DNA of 63,693 nucleotides, filler included, from Lama guanicoe (Eukaryota), in the NCBI GenBank assembly GCA_013239625.1. It is 190 parts of 190 records of this genome, joined end to end, with 100 filler letters (N's around TTAATTAATTAA, not from the genome) between each part and the next. Parts side by side here need not be neighbours in the genome. Positions count along the whole stretch, not along the records: positions 36,580 to 36,815 come from PNXV01045285.1; positions 36,916 to 37,151 come from PNXV01045286.1; positions 37,252 to 37,487 come from PNXV01045287.1; positions 37,588 to 37,823 come from PNXV01045288.1; positions 37,924 to 38,159 come from PNXV01045289.1; positions 38,260 to 38,495 come from PNXV01045290.1; positions 38,596 to 38,829 come from PNXV01045291.1; positions 38,930 to 39,165 come from PNXV01045292.1; 182 more parts are not named here. One strand, 5' to 3'. The translations under genes were made by a program, and so were the position numbers. The stretch's first letter is position 1. Every line of letters starts with the position of its first letter. Below the pieces are notes generated by a model. The model did not search any database and was not told the origin of the DNA. It saw only the letters and a list, made by a program, of their open reading frames with translations. This document shows positions 36,655 through 49,215 of the stretch, piece by piece.

Positions 36655-36790
36655 TCTATTTCAACAAATACATCCTCAATATGTATATGCACCATGCAAT
36701 GAGCAAAACACTGAGTGCACACTAGTGAATAAGACAGATCTTGTTCCTTTACTCAAGGAATTTAAGAGTTTAGTGGGATAGAAAGTAAGT
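36655..36790 (-). mobile_element. L2 3' end fragment
   Basis: ttcaacaaata...gtgaataagacagatcttgttcctttactcaaggaatttaagagtttagtggga. Confidence 0.65.
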
Positions 36791-36915
36791 TATTCAATGA
36801 TGGTACCAAGGTGATNNNNNNNNNNNNNNNNNNNNNNNNNNNNNNNNNNNNNNNNNNNNTTAATTAATTAANNNNNNNNNNNNNNNNNNNNNNNNNNNNN
36901 NNNNNNNNNNNNNNN

Positions 36916-37070
36916 TGTGTGTGTGTGTGTGTGTGCATGCATACGCATGCCTGGGAATGTATGTGGTTGTGTGTACGGTATGTGTGTGTGTAGTACATGA
37001 GTCCATGTGTGAGTGCGTGTGTGGATGTGTGTGGAACAGAATCAGTGTGTCAGACACGTCTGCACATGTC
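36916..37070. repeat. (TG)n microsatellite with degenerate TG-rich extension
   Basis: Directly visible. Confidence 0.9.
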
Positions 37071-37253
37071 TGCATCCCACTGTTTTACTCCATGCTTATT
37101 CCTAAAAATTGTATGATGTCCTTCGCTGTATAATTCAAAATTAAAATAATCNNNNNNNNNNNNNNNNNNNNNNNNNNNNNNNNNNNNNNNNNNNNTTAAT
37201 TAATTAANNNNNNNNNNNNNNNNNNNNNNNNNNNNNNNNNNNNNNNNNNNNTG

Positions 37254-37487
37254 GACTCCATGTTAACCCTCAGTGACTATGACCTCGAGCAGCCTGAGGC
37301 AGAAGGCGATTTAACCCTGAGCGACTCTGACTTAGACGATCCTAAAGATGAAGACGTTCAGGTGGAACAGCCCGATGAGCCTGAGCCAGTGACCGTGGCG
37401 GCAGTGTACAGAAAGGCCTCGCTGCAGGACCAGGCCACTGCCCCCTCTGGCATGAGCACCCCCAGCCACCTGTCCGCAGCTACGGAA
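37254..37487 (+). CDS. ARHGAP20: Rho GTPase-activating protein 20-like coding fragment (region C-terminal to the RhoGAP domain), open across the contig
   Basis: DSMLTLSDYDLEQPEAEGDLTLSDSDLDDPKDEDVQ...APSGMSTPSHLS is colinear with recalled human ARHGAP20 DSVLTLSDYDLDQPEVEGLLTLSDFDL..SKDEDVQ...APSAMCTPSYLS. Ortholog versus paralog is unresolved. Confidence 0.8.
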
Positions 37488-39360
37488 NNNNNNNNNNNNN
37501 NNNNNNNNNNNNNNNNNNNNNNNNNNNNNNNTTAATTAATTAANNNNNNNNNNNNNNNNNNNNNNNNNNNNNNNNNNNNNNNNNNNNTCAGGGAGCAGCG
37601 ATGATTATTTTTGTCCAAGGACCACATATTCTTTTTTATTCAAACCTTTTATCAAAAAGTTGAATCTATAACAGTCCTAACGTATAGTTTGCCTTAAATG
37701 ATCTATTTTAAGTACAGACTGAAGGAAAAAAACAAGATATCATTGCACTCAGATGCCGAAAGCAAACAACATATACTAGTCAGACTTGGCTTACCCAGTC
37801 CCTATAGCAGGATTGGAACATCANNNNNNNNNNNNNNNNNNNNNNNNNNNNNNNNNNNNNNNNNNNNTTAATTAATTAANNNNNNNNNNNNNNNNNNNNN
37901 NNNNNNNNNNNNNNNNNNNNNNNATTGATTTATTGATTTGCTGGTTTATTATTGATCCCCACTCCTCCCCCTGTGTCCTGAAAAAGCAAGTTCCATCAAA
38001 TAGGAACTCTGTCTGTCCCACCTCTGTTAGCTGTCCTGGCGCATCATGGGTTCTCAGAGACTATGGGCTGAATGAATAACTGTGTGGGGCTTTGTGGGGG
38101 GGGGAGGCATGGGACATGCAGTTTTCTGGAAAAAAAGAAGATAAATTTGGTTATCATTTNNNNNNNNNNNNNNNNNNNNNNNNNNNNNNNNNNNNNNNNN
38201 NNNTTAATTAATTAANNNNNNNNNNNNNNNNNNNNNNNNNNNNNNNNNNNNNNNNNNNNAACCCCAGGCTTAGCCAAGGTCAGTGACTTGCAGTCCCTCA
38301 AATGAACGTGCTCACTCTGTGCCTACTGCTCCAAATATCCACTTCCTCTACCCCCGTCTTCTCCTCTTGTAAGTCTAGGGACAATATCTTTGCTTTTCAA
38401 TTTTATGGTACTGAATCGCAGCATCGACTTATTCAATTACTACCTATTCTGTAAGAGTACATACCTGCTCTCACCCTCAATCCTTGCACAAGAGANNNNN
38501 NNNNNNNNNNNNNNNNNNNNNNNNNNNNNNNNNNNNNNNTTAATTAATTAANNNNNNNNNNNNNNNNNNNNNNNNNNNNNNNNNNNNNNNNNNNNAGAGA
38601 CCTGCGTGGATTTGACTCTCGATCTCCCCCACGTACTGACTATGTTTCCGGAATCATGAGCGTGAGGAGTTTCCAACAACGGTCGGCAGCGCGTGGGTTC
38701 CAACGTAATGCCTAAGCTCGACTCTCCTGGGTTTGTTCCTAATGTCTCTGTACCAGGGAATGCTAGGGGTGTTTGCAGGCAATTCCAGTGACAGTGGCTG
38801 CCTCCCCAAGGTCAGGGAAGGTATTTCTCNNNNNNNNNNNNNNNNNNNNNNNNNNNNNNNNNNNNNNNNNNNNTTAATTAATTAANNNNNNNNNNNNNNN
38901 NNNNNNNNNNNNNNNNNNNNNNNNNNNNNCACAGAAAAAGGAGGCCCCCAGGTCTCCGGGGAGCTGGCAGGGGCTCTCTGCGCGCAGCTGGGGATGAAGG
39001 AGCAGCGCGCGCAGCAGCCAGCTCCCGAAGGCCGAGCCCCACCGTGGAGGCTGCGGCTCGTCAGCCCAGCATCAGACTACTCTCCTCCCTAACTCCCCAA
39101 AAGTGCGTTTCACTGAGAAGCTTGGCACAGGGCTGGGTCTTTCCTAGGCGCACGGGGGTCGCGAGNNNNNNNNNNNNNNNNNNNNNNNNNNNNNNNNNNN
39201 NNNNNNNNNTTAATTAATTAANNNNNNNNNNNNNNNNNNNNNNNNNNNNNNNNNNNNNNNNNNNNACCCTGTGTGTTGCCACAGCCGGCAGCAGCAGCCC
39301 AGGAAGCCCAGAGGACTCTCAATGCCGAGAGAGTGCAGCCCCATGTTGGGCGTCAAAATC

Positions 39361-39501
39361 TGTTACCAAACTAAGGTCCAGCAGCTCGCCACTCAAAATT
39401 CAATACTCGAGAGGGACAAATTTTGGTAGAAAGGACAGTTGCCTTTTGTTCGAATGCTGGCAGTCTGGGGAGGTGGTGGACTTAGTGTCTACAAAAAACA
39501 A
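39361..39501 (-). mobile_element. ERV LTR terminus (probable)
   Basis: Abrupt tgttacc boundary followed by ...gtagaaaggacagttgccttttgttcgaatgctggcagtctggggag, typical of antisense ERV1 LTR ends. Confidence 0.5.
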
Positions 39502-42333
39502 NNNNNNNNNNNNNNNNNNNNNNNNNNNNNNNNNNNNNNNNNNNNTTAATTAATTAANNNNNNNNNNNNNNNNNNNNNNNNNNNNNNNNNNNNNNNNNNN
39601 NCTCCCACCCCAGACACACCCCAATGTTAGAGATGTTGCACTAGCTTTTTCTTTTGTCCAGAAACTTCTTCCCCAGCATCTGCCATCACTAAATGCCTTA
39701 CACCTTCAAAGTTTTGCTCAAATATCACTTTCTCCATATCTCTCTTGACCACCTTGTATAAAATGGGTACATCCAGTCACTCAGCATTTGCTCATCTTCT
39801 CCTGCCACTTTGCTGTTTTCTATTTTTAATCATTTATNNNNNNNNNNNNNNNNNNNNNNNNNNNNNNNNNNNNNNNNNNNNTTAATTAATTAANNNNNNN
39901 NNNNNNNNNNNNNNNNNNNNNNNNNNNNNNNNNNNNNGGGCGTAGTAAACCATGTAGATAATATCTGAGATAAGAATGTTCTACGCGGAGGGAACAGTAA
40001 GTACAAATGAGTGCAATGAACACATACCATTTTTATAATCAGGGGAAAAAAATAAAGCTATTGTAATCCTGAAAATACATAAAAATATTTAAAAGCCTAA
40101 TTCCAACAGCAAGGAAGAAGAATCTGGTTCTATAAATTCTTAAGACTATTCAGCCTCTATTCAGGCCCAGGGTNNNNNNNNNNNNNNNNNNNNNNNNNNN
40201 NNNNNNNNNNNNNNNNNTTAATTAATTAANNNNNNNNNNNNNNNNNNNNNNNNNNNNNNNNNNNNNNNNNNNNTGAATAAAATTACTGACAAAATTTCCA
40301 GTAGCCAAGAAGTCATAATATGATCGCTTCATTCCATATGGTAGATTGGATTAAAATTAAAGAGTAGATCCCCAGAGATGAATCTTTGATCCTCAGAAGT
40401 AAGTATCTGTCTACTGTAGATGTATATGAAGGGATATTCATTGCATCATTGTTTATAACAGCAAACATAGAAATAATCTGTTGGATTGCCAAAGTATTTT
40501 GTGATTTATNNNNNNNNNNNNNNNNNNNNNNNNNNNNNNNNNNNNNNNNNNNNTTAATTAATTAANNNNNNNNNNNNNNNNNNNNNNNNNNNNNNNNNNN
40601 NNNNNNNNNTTTTCTGAACATCTAATATGAGTGGGATCATATACAGTGTCATCTTTTGCATCTGGCTTCTTTATCCAGTTGGAATATCCCTGCATTTCAT
40701 TTGGAGGATGTAGCCCATTCGAGTTTAATGTAATTACCAATATGATTGGACTTCTGTTGGCCATTTTGCTTTCTTTCCAATCATGCCATATTTCTTCATG
40801 TCCTTCATTATTTTGTGTTGGATAAATCTTTATATACCATTTTGANNNNNNNNNNNNNNNNNNNNNNNNNNNNNNNNNNNNNNNNNNNNTTAATTAATTA
40901 ANNNNNNNNNNNNNNNNNNNNNNNNNNNNNNNNNNNNNNNNNNNNCCTGGCTCCCAGGGAGACCAGCTGGGGAGGAGGCATTCTCACCCCGCTGCCATAC
41001 AGGAACACGGAGACTTAGGGGTCCTGGTCCGTGCTTGGTATTGTCACATCTGTTAACTTCTGGAATCCTCACAAACACGCCTACGAGGCAGGCAGCGTGA
41101 GGTCCAACTGGAAAGTGAGGCTCAAAACCACGCCCACTTGATGGTGCTCGGCATTTAGGAGATATCACAATTTACAAGTGANNNNNNNNNNNNNNNNNNN
41201 NNNNNNNNNNNNNNNNNNNNNNNNNTTAATTAATTAANNNNNNNNNNNNNNNNNNNNNNNNNNNNNNNNNNNNNNNNNNNNCTTGGCTCTGGCCCCCGGG
41301 CCCGCAGCTCCAGAGAAGCAGGATCAGACTCAGGCGGGGAAGGGCAGCCGCGTGCACCGGGAAGCCCATGTGCAGCAAAGGAGGGACCAGCACGATCCTG
41401 CTGGGAGACAGGGAGGCATCACACTGACACAAGCTCTCTGCCCCAGGAGGGGTACTCGGCCTCGTCCTGCCTCGGGGGCACAGGATGGGAAACCTGAGAC
41501 TAGGGTGGGTTCCCAGTNNNNNNNNNNNNNNNNNNNNNNNNNNNNNNNNNNNNNNNNNNNNTTAATTAATTAANNNNNNNNNNNNNNNNNNNNNNNNNNN
41601 NNNNNNNNNNNNNNNNNAGTTTATATACTCACAGAGCTTCCACCATCAGTCCAGTTAACCAAATACCACATTATTTTTGAAATATTTTTTAACCCTGATT
41701 ATGGGTACAGTTTTAACATGTCTTACTCTACTTTTCTTCATTTGTAACTTAATTATCTCTTCTAACTTAAATGTATAAATGTATATATGGCTTAAATGTA
41801 GATACATGTATCTTTTTAAAATGCAACTCTCTTAAATTCCATCTGACTTTCAGNNNNNNNNNNNNNNNNNNNNNNNNNNNNNNNNNNNNNNNNNNNNTTA
41901 ATTAATTAANNNNNNNNNNNNNNNNNNNNNNNNNNNNNNNNNNNNNNNNNNNNGCATAGTAAAATCCCAGTTGAATAGAGAGACAAAGTATGTCTTGGAG
42001 AGGTTTCAGTCTGATGAAAGTAACAGCCTAAAGAATGCCTCTCTAATGGGAGATACTGGAGCCCCTAGACTGCTGGGGAAGATAGACCCCTTGGCCTCAA
42101 GGAGTGCCAGTATGATTAGAGGGAGGCCTTTGCTGCTGTGACAAATGTCCTAGACTTATTGGAGAGACAAAGTACCCATTCTGGGGCAGNNNNNNNNNNN
42201 NNNNNNNNNNNNNNNNNNNNNNNNNNNNNNNNNTTAATTAATTAANNNNNNNNNNNNNNNNNNNNNNNNNNNNNNNNNNNNNNNNNNNNAAACATCTAAG
42301 AAAAAAATTTGTATTAAATTTTTTAAAGTATTA

Positions 42334-42525
42334 CATTCATACCTCAGAGATATTGTGAATTTGGTTTGATACCACTGCAGTAAAGCAAATATCACAATAA
42401 AGGGAGCCACAGGAATTTTTTGATTTCCCAGTGTATATAAAAATTATGTTTACACTGTAATGCAGTCTATTAAGTATGCAATGGCATTGTGTTCAAAAAA
42501 CAATGTACACATCTTAATTTTTTAA
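42334..42525 (-). mobile_element. Tigger1 (TcMar) terminal fragment
   Basis: ta|cattcatacctcagagatattgtg...accactgcagtaaagcaaatatcacaataaag...aattatgtttacactgta follows the Tigger1 end (CAGGCATACCTCGGAGATATTGCGG), with a TA target site. Confidence 0.88.
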
Positions 42526-42659
42526 NNNNNNNNNNNNNNNNNNNNNNNNNNNNNNNNNNNNNNNNNNNNTTAATTAATTAANNNNNNNNNNNNNNNNNNN
42601 NNNNNNNNNNNNNNNNNNNNNNNNNCATGCAAGATGAGAAGATATCACAAACAGCTCAC

Positions 42660-42766
42660 CAACCAGCTCTATCATGGCCCTTGACAGGTACAGGGTAGAG
42701 TTGCCATTTATTGAAGTGTGGTGAGGGTGGCCATAAAAAAAGTTCCTGCTAATCACTCCCGGATAT
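42660..42766 (-). CDS. Candidate internal coding exon (107 nt, phase 2-1), unassigned gene
   Basis: ttcatattttacag| acceptor and TTG|gtgagc donor. One frame is open (YPGVISRNFFYGHPHHTSINGNSTLYLSRAMIELV); the other two stop within 6 codons. Confidence 0.55.
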
Positions 42767-44994
42767 CTGTAAAATATGAATACTTCCTTAATTTTTCAAA
42801 CTAGAGCATCTGGCAAGTCATCTTGCCTGATTACCATATCTATCCATATCTTGCCACATCANNNNNNNNNNNNNNNNNNNNNNNNNNNNNNNNNNNNNNN
42901 NNNNNTTAATTAATTAANNNNNNNNNNNNNNNNNNNNNNNNNNNNNNNNNNNNNNNNNNNNGGGAGACTAAAACCGACAGCAGTGGAATGAGAGGTGGAT
43001 TGGAGGAAAGAAAGGACATGGTGATGTAGTGAAGACACTCTTCTTGGGAGGTGAGGAGACTGGAACAGAAGTAAAATGTCTCTTTTCTCCAAAGGGATCC
43101 TCAAAGGCACAGAGAGTTCAGAAGTACCCCATTCTTCTCCCATTACCTGTTGCTTTCAGGGACTCCATGAGGGATAGGGAAACCACCTGCTTGATTANNN
43201 NNNNNNNNNNNNNNNNNNNNNNNNNNNNNNNNNNNNNNNNNTTAATTAATTAANNNNNNNNNNNNNNNNNNNNNNNNNNNNNNNNNNNNNNNNNNNNTTT
43301 TTTTTCTGCATAACTCTACAATTTTCTATATGTATATTTCTTTGTGTCTATTTATAAATAGATTAAGATTCATATAAAATAAGTTTAATTTGGGTACCAA
43401 CAATTTTGCTAGAGTATTGTGATTGTTAGTGATTTTTCCTAATTCCTGTGAAGTCTGCATCTTGTTATTTGAATACATCTGTTTACATCCATTTCCATTT
43501 GTTTGAGTACGTAGGAGTCCCATTATAAAATTTNNNNNNNNNNNNNNNNNNNNNNNNNNNNNNNNNNNNNNNNNNNNTTAATTAATTAANNNNNNNNNNN
43601 NNNNNNNNNNNNNNNNNNNNNNNNNNNNNNNNNGACCTGAGTGGTTTATATGGGAAAACTCAAGACCTCCAAATCTCAGCCCAGCCTTTCAGCCGAGTTT
43701 ACCTTCTACTCAAGCCCAGGGCTGCTGCAGACTGACCCAGGAGCGGGGAGACCAACCTGAGATTCTGGTCAGGAGGCCTCATCTGCCTAACAGGTTCTGG
43801 TACACAGAGCCCTGGGTAACTGCCTGAGAGATTCAGTTCTGCCAATGACTGCCTGTATGTGAAATTCAGNNNNNNNNNNNNNNNNNNNNNNNNNNNNNNN
43901 NNNNNNNNNNNNNTTAATTAATTAANNNNNNNNNNNNNNNNNNNNNNNNNNNNNNNNNNNNNNNNNNNNGTACTTTTTCTCTGTCGTACAACTAATAAGG
44001 GGCTGTGTCTCATCCATTTGATTGCAAAGCCTGTGATCTCTTCTCTATATATGGAAACTCTCAGCTATAAGGCAGAACTTTTGAAGTAAAACTACCTCAC
44101 TTAGAGCCAAAGCGATCTTTTTAAAAACATAGACCTAATCATGTCACTCCCAGGCTAAAAACACTTCTTAAAATAGCTCCTTCCCACCTAGAGTTTGTAC
44201 ACACANNNNNNNNNNNNNNNNNNNNNNNNNNNNNNNNNNNNNNNNNNNNTTAATTAATTAANNNNNNNNNNNNNNNNNNNNNNNNNNNNNNNNNNNNNNN
44301 NNNNNAAAAAGGAATACCATAAAAATACTAAGAGAACAAAACACTCTCTAACTTGCAGGCACTGATGTTACATGGTCCTGTAGTGCTGGGACCTACAAGC
44401 TGAATGGCAGCCAGGAGCCTTAGCGCAGGCGTTGCCTGGATCCTCTTTCCCTTGTATGCTCCTGTTTCCAAATGAAAATGAACGTGTGCGCGCACACACG
44501 CGCGTACCTGTGTGTATACGCATATACACATGAACTCTAGTNNNNNNNNNNNNNNNNNNNNNNNNNNNNNNNNNNNNNNNNNNNNTTAATTAATTAANNN
44601 NNNNNNNNNNNNNNNNNNNNNNNNNNNNNNNNNNNNNNNNNTTCCAGGGCCTGAGTGATGGGAGCAATGGGAGAATGCCCAGTGGGTTTCATCTTGGCCA
44701 TGACCTGCCGCAGGCTTTGTCTCTGCCCCTCTGAGTGGCTCACGACTCCTTTAAAAGACTCTGTCTACAGGGGTGGCTGAGCTCGCTGCCTGGTGGTGAC
44801 CACGGCCCAGGGCCTCTGATGGAAACATTTATTTTTTCTTTTCTGTTTGAAGAGCTTGGAACCCTTCACCTCATCTCNNNNNNNNNNNNNNNNNNNNNNN
44901 NNNNNNNNNNNNNNNNNNNNNTTAATTAATTAANNNNNNNNNNNNNNNNNNNNNNNNNNNNNNNNNNNNNNNNNNNNTGAGCGGCTGCCTGGAT

Positions 44995-45213
44995 TTTTTT
45001 ATACTATTAAAAAATTGAGAGTTCTGAAGAACTTTTGTTTAAGTAGGTTGTATCCATTGATGCTTACTATATTAGAAAATAAAACTGAAAGATTTAAAAT
45101 ACAAGCACACACAATCACACATTCCATTAGCCATCAGAGCTATGATGTTATCACATGTCATGTCTCTGGAAACCTCCACTGCACACTTAACAGAGAATGA
45201 GAATGAAAATAGC
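44995..45213. mobile_element. Charlie1-family hAT transposon fragment
   Basis: aagaacttttgtttaagtaggttgtatccattgatgcttactatattagaaaataaaactga. Confidence 0.7.
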
Positions 45214-45649
45214 NNNNNNNNNNNNNNNNNNNNNNNNNNNNNNNNNNNNNNNNNNNNTTAATTAATTAANNNNNNNNNNNNNNNNNNNNNNNNNNNNNNN
45301 NNNNNNNNNNNNNTGCCCCTGCCTCCTATGACAGAGACACTGGTAGTGCCCCAGATGCCACTACCAGGGAGGCCCTGTATACTTCATAGATGGGAAACCA
45401 AGGCCAAGCGTCCAGAGGCCTGGCCACAATGCCAGGGTGCTACTGAGAACTGGACAGCACAGCACAACCGAGCAAGCCCTTTGGGGATGAGGGCTCAGTA
45501 GCCTGGTGGGCAGGGCAGGGGGACCAAGGGCAGCCACAGCAGGTGACAGNNNNNNNNNNNNNNNNNNNNNNNNNNNNNNNNNNNNNNNNNNNNTTAATTA
45601 ATTAANNNNNNNNNNNNNNNNNNNNNNNNNNNNNNNNNNNNNNNNNNNN

Positions 45650-45885
45650 CAGTAAGTTTGGTGTTAGCTGTAGATTTGTCATAGATGCCCTTCATCAAAC
45701 TGGGGATATGCTAAGAAGTTTTTTTGTTTATTGTAAATGGATGCTAAATTTTTTCAAATGCTTTGGCTTGCATCTATTGAGAAAATTATATGATTTTTCC
45801 TCATTATTTTATTAATAGCATGTATTATTTTAACAGCTTTTGAATGTTAAACCAATCTTGCATTCCCAAGGTAAATCTCACTTGG
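45650..45885 (-). mobile_element. L1 ORF2 fragment
   Basis: gttagctgtagatttgtcatagatgccc...tcaaatgcttt...gcatctattgag...aaccaatcttgcattcc. Confidence 0.88.
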
Positions 45886-47329
45886 NNNNNNNNNNNNNNN
45901 NNNNNNNNNNNNNNNNNNNNNNNNNNNNNTTAATTAATTAANNNNNNNNNNNNNNNNNNNNNNNNNNNNNNNNNNNNNNNNNNNNTACATCTGGCGGACT
46001 CTTAGGAATATGGGTTATACTGGACTGCCTCCCATTGATGCAAGCTTTTCTTGGAACACTTTTCCTTAGGCCAGGAGTGATGAAATTTAAACATTGGGAA
46101 TGATCACACTGACTTCCCTTAACTAACATCCTAAATTTTCCAATTTTTTTCATAACTCTTCCATCAGGAAATGAACTATTTCTTAATAAAATCAATCAAT
46201 CAACTTCCTCTCCAAAAGCTTNNNNNNNNNNNNNNNNNNNNNNNNNNNNNNNNNNNNNNNNNNNNTTAATTAATTAANNNNNNNNNNNNNNNNNNNNNNN
46301 NNNNNNNNNNNNNNNNNNNNNGTCTGAAGGCTTGTTCGCTCTTAAGTCTGGTGTCCGGGCTGGAAACACTTGGAGACGTGGACGGCTGCCTGAATGCCCG
46401 CGCCTGGCTTCCCCACAGCACGGCAGCCTTACGTCAGCTGCTTTCTTACCCAGAGGCTCAAGGCGCCAAACATGAGCGTTTCAGTGAGTTTCCCCTTGTG
46501 AAACCCGGTGTCACTTCCACGGTACAATCAGAAGCCCAGCTGAATCCAAAGGGAAAGNNNNNNNNNNNNNNNNNNNNNNNNNNNNNNNNNNNNNNNNNNN
46601 NTTAATTAATTAANNNNNNNNNNNNNNNNNNNNNNNNNNNNNNNNNNNNNNNNNNNNTAATATACTCTAGGCTGCTGACCTTCTTACTCCTTCATACTGC
46701 TTTTCTTCGTGTCCTATTCCATTCATGTCCACCCCAGAGGAGCTCGTGAACTTCCCCTGAGGCTGTCTCACAGCCTTACTCAAGACATTGTAATTGTCAG
46801 CTAAATGAGAAAAGCTGTTGGCTCTATTTTACACACTAATCTCTGTAATTCTTCCTTTATTCAGTTTCCTCTCTTTATTCTTACTTTAAATCTNNNNNNN
46901 NNNNNNNNNNNNNNNNNNNNNNNNNNNNNNNNNNNNNTTAATTAATTAANNNNNNNNNNNNNNNNNNNNNNNNNNNNNNNNNNNNNNNNNNNNCTGGTCT
47001 AAACCCCTCAAGCTATCTGCTGTGGCAATTAGGATTCAAGACATCTGTCAACATGGACTGATGAACTTGGGAAGAGATTCCACAAGCTCATTTAGCCTTT
47101 TCAGCAAGTAGAGGCAGAACCACACAGCTATGCTGGGGAGATGCAGGGCTCAGCTTCCATCACTGACCCCAGAGACCTCTAGCGTGCACCTTTGGCCAAT
47201 GTTTTATGAGCACTCAGACCTCTGCAAAANNNNNNNNNNNNNNNNNNNNNNNNNNNNNNNNNNNNNNNNNNNNTTAATTAATTAANNNNNNNNNNNNNNN
47301 NNNNNNNNNNNNNNNNNNNNNNNNNNNNN

Positions 47330-47565
47330 AGATGCCCAGTCAAAATTACTTTCAGAGCATTACTAAGATACTATTTGCTTCCTCACTATGTTGACATCTG
47401 CTTTGAGGTACAGTACAGCTTCAAAGTAATGGAGACTACGGAAGCAAACTGTAGTAGTAATTATTTTCACAGCTTTTTGCAGGGCAAAAATAAGGTTTGC
47501 TTTAAAACGTCCTGGATGAAGCATTAAAATTATCGTTCCTAAGTCTTCATCCTTAATATCTTCTA
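47330..47565 (+). mobile_element. Charlie1-family transposase relic
   Basis: tatgttgacatctgc...aaactgtagtagtaat...gtcctggatgaagcattaaaattat (VLDEAVKII region). Confidence 0.65.
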
Positions 47566-47665
47566 NNNNNNNNNNNNNNNNNNNNNNNNNNNNNNNNNNN
47601 NNNNNNNNNTTAATTAATTAANNNNNNNNNNNNNNNNNNNNNNNNNNNNNNNNNNNNNNNNNNNN

Positions 47666-47901
47666 TGCCCACTGCTGGGTGAAGCTTGGTCCTGGACCTC
47701 TGGTGGGTAGGGTCCTGTCTAGAGGCCTTTGTGGCTCAGGAGGTCTGCTGATGGGTGAGGCTGTGCTCCCACCCTCTATGTTGTTTGGCCTGAGGCTTCC
47801 CTACAGGCTGTTGGGTAGCACTAGGTCTTGGTGCTAATGAGCAAACCAAGACGTCAGCCTCCAGGAAAGCTCATGTAGATGAACACTCCTGGAATGTCTG
47901 C
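47666..47901 (-). mobile_element. L1 5' region fragment (probable)
   Basis: tgcccactgctgggtgaagct...ctctggtgggtaggg...tctgctgatgggtgaggctgtgctcccaccct...ttgtttggcctgaggc resembles laurasiatherian L1 5' sequence in antisense. Confidence 0.6.
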
Positions 47902-49009
47902 NNNNNNNNNNNNNNNNNNNNNNNNNNNNNNNNNNNNNNNNNNNNTTAATTAATTAANNNNNNNNNNNNNNNNNNNNNNNNNNNNNNNNNNNNNNNNNNN
48001 NCAGGCTTGGAGTCCGAGGCTTCCAGCACCCTGGTCAATCTTACACCGCCTGTGACAGTCAGGCTGCTCCGGCCCAGGCCCGCACGCCCACAGCAAGGTC
48101 CCCCGGGCCCCCCAACCCGCTCAGCCTCACAGCCCTGCTCTTCCACAGGTTCGTGCTCTGCCTGCTCTTTAACCTGCTTTTTAGGGGGAAAAAAAGTGTT
48201 TACTTATCTCTCTAATTCCCTCCTTAAACTGTAAAATNNNNNNNNNNNNNNNNNNNNNNNNNNNNNNNNNNNNNNNNNNNNTTAATTAATTAANNNNNNN
48301 NNNNNNNNNNNNNNNNNNNNNNNNNNNNNNNNNNNNNGGGATTCTGGAAAATGAGGGGCCCCACCCTCGCAGAGCTGACAGCAGTCATGATTGGTCAAGG
48401 CACCCTGGGGCCCACTGAGCTCCCCGCGGGGCGCCCTCCCAGGACCTCCCTGGGCTCTGCCCTTCCTCTGCAGACAGTCCCATCCAGGTCAGAGGCCTGC
48501 CCCCCAAGGCCCTGCCCTCCCACTCCCTCGCCTGCCACCCCCAGGTCAGGACACTGGTGTGTGTCAGAAGGGCNNNNNNNNNNNNNNNNNNNNNNNNNNN
48601 NNNNNNNNNNNNNNNNNTTAATTAATTAANNNNNNNNNNNNNNNNNNNNNNNNNNNNNNNNNNNNNNNNNNNNGACTTCATGCCACGTTGGTTTGAACAT
48701 TTGTCAGCCGTCCAGCAAGGAGCGAGCACTCTGCACCCTGACTCAGCAAGGTCTTTGTTGCCTAACATCTGGGCTGGGAGTTGGCTGTGTCCTCAGGTGA
48801 CTGAGACCGGTAGCCCTAGCCAGGTGACCCACATCACTGGAAGGTGCTTTTACAGTAACAATAGAATTAAGAAACTTTGTGAGTTCTCTATATTTAAATG
48901 GTTTGAGGCNNNNNNNNNNNNNNNNNNNNNNNNNNNNNNNNNNNNNNNNNNNNTTAATTAATTAANNNNNNNNNNNNNNNNNNNNNNNNNNNNNNNNNNN
49001 NNNNNNNNN

Positions 49010-49215
49010 CAAAGTTAACTTTATTAGCATATTTTATTTAACCCAGTATATCCAAGATGTAATCATTTCAACATGTAATTAATATAAATATTGATGAGAT
49101 AATTTATTTTTAAAAATATGCTACTTCATAATCCAGTGTGTATCTGCATTTAGAGCTCAATTGGACTAGACACATTTTAAGGTCTCAGCAGCCACCTGTG
49201 GTTACTGATTGTGAC
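49010..49215. mobile_element. MER33-like hAT relic
   Basis: attttatttaacccagtatatccaa...atcatttcaacatgtaat...ttggactagacacatttt...gccacctgtgg. Confidence 0.75.

Noticed and set aside
36860..37133. Cys/Val-rich and His/Thr-rich ORFs
   Set aside because: These are translations of a (TG)n/(CA)n repeat.
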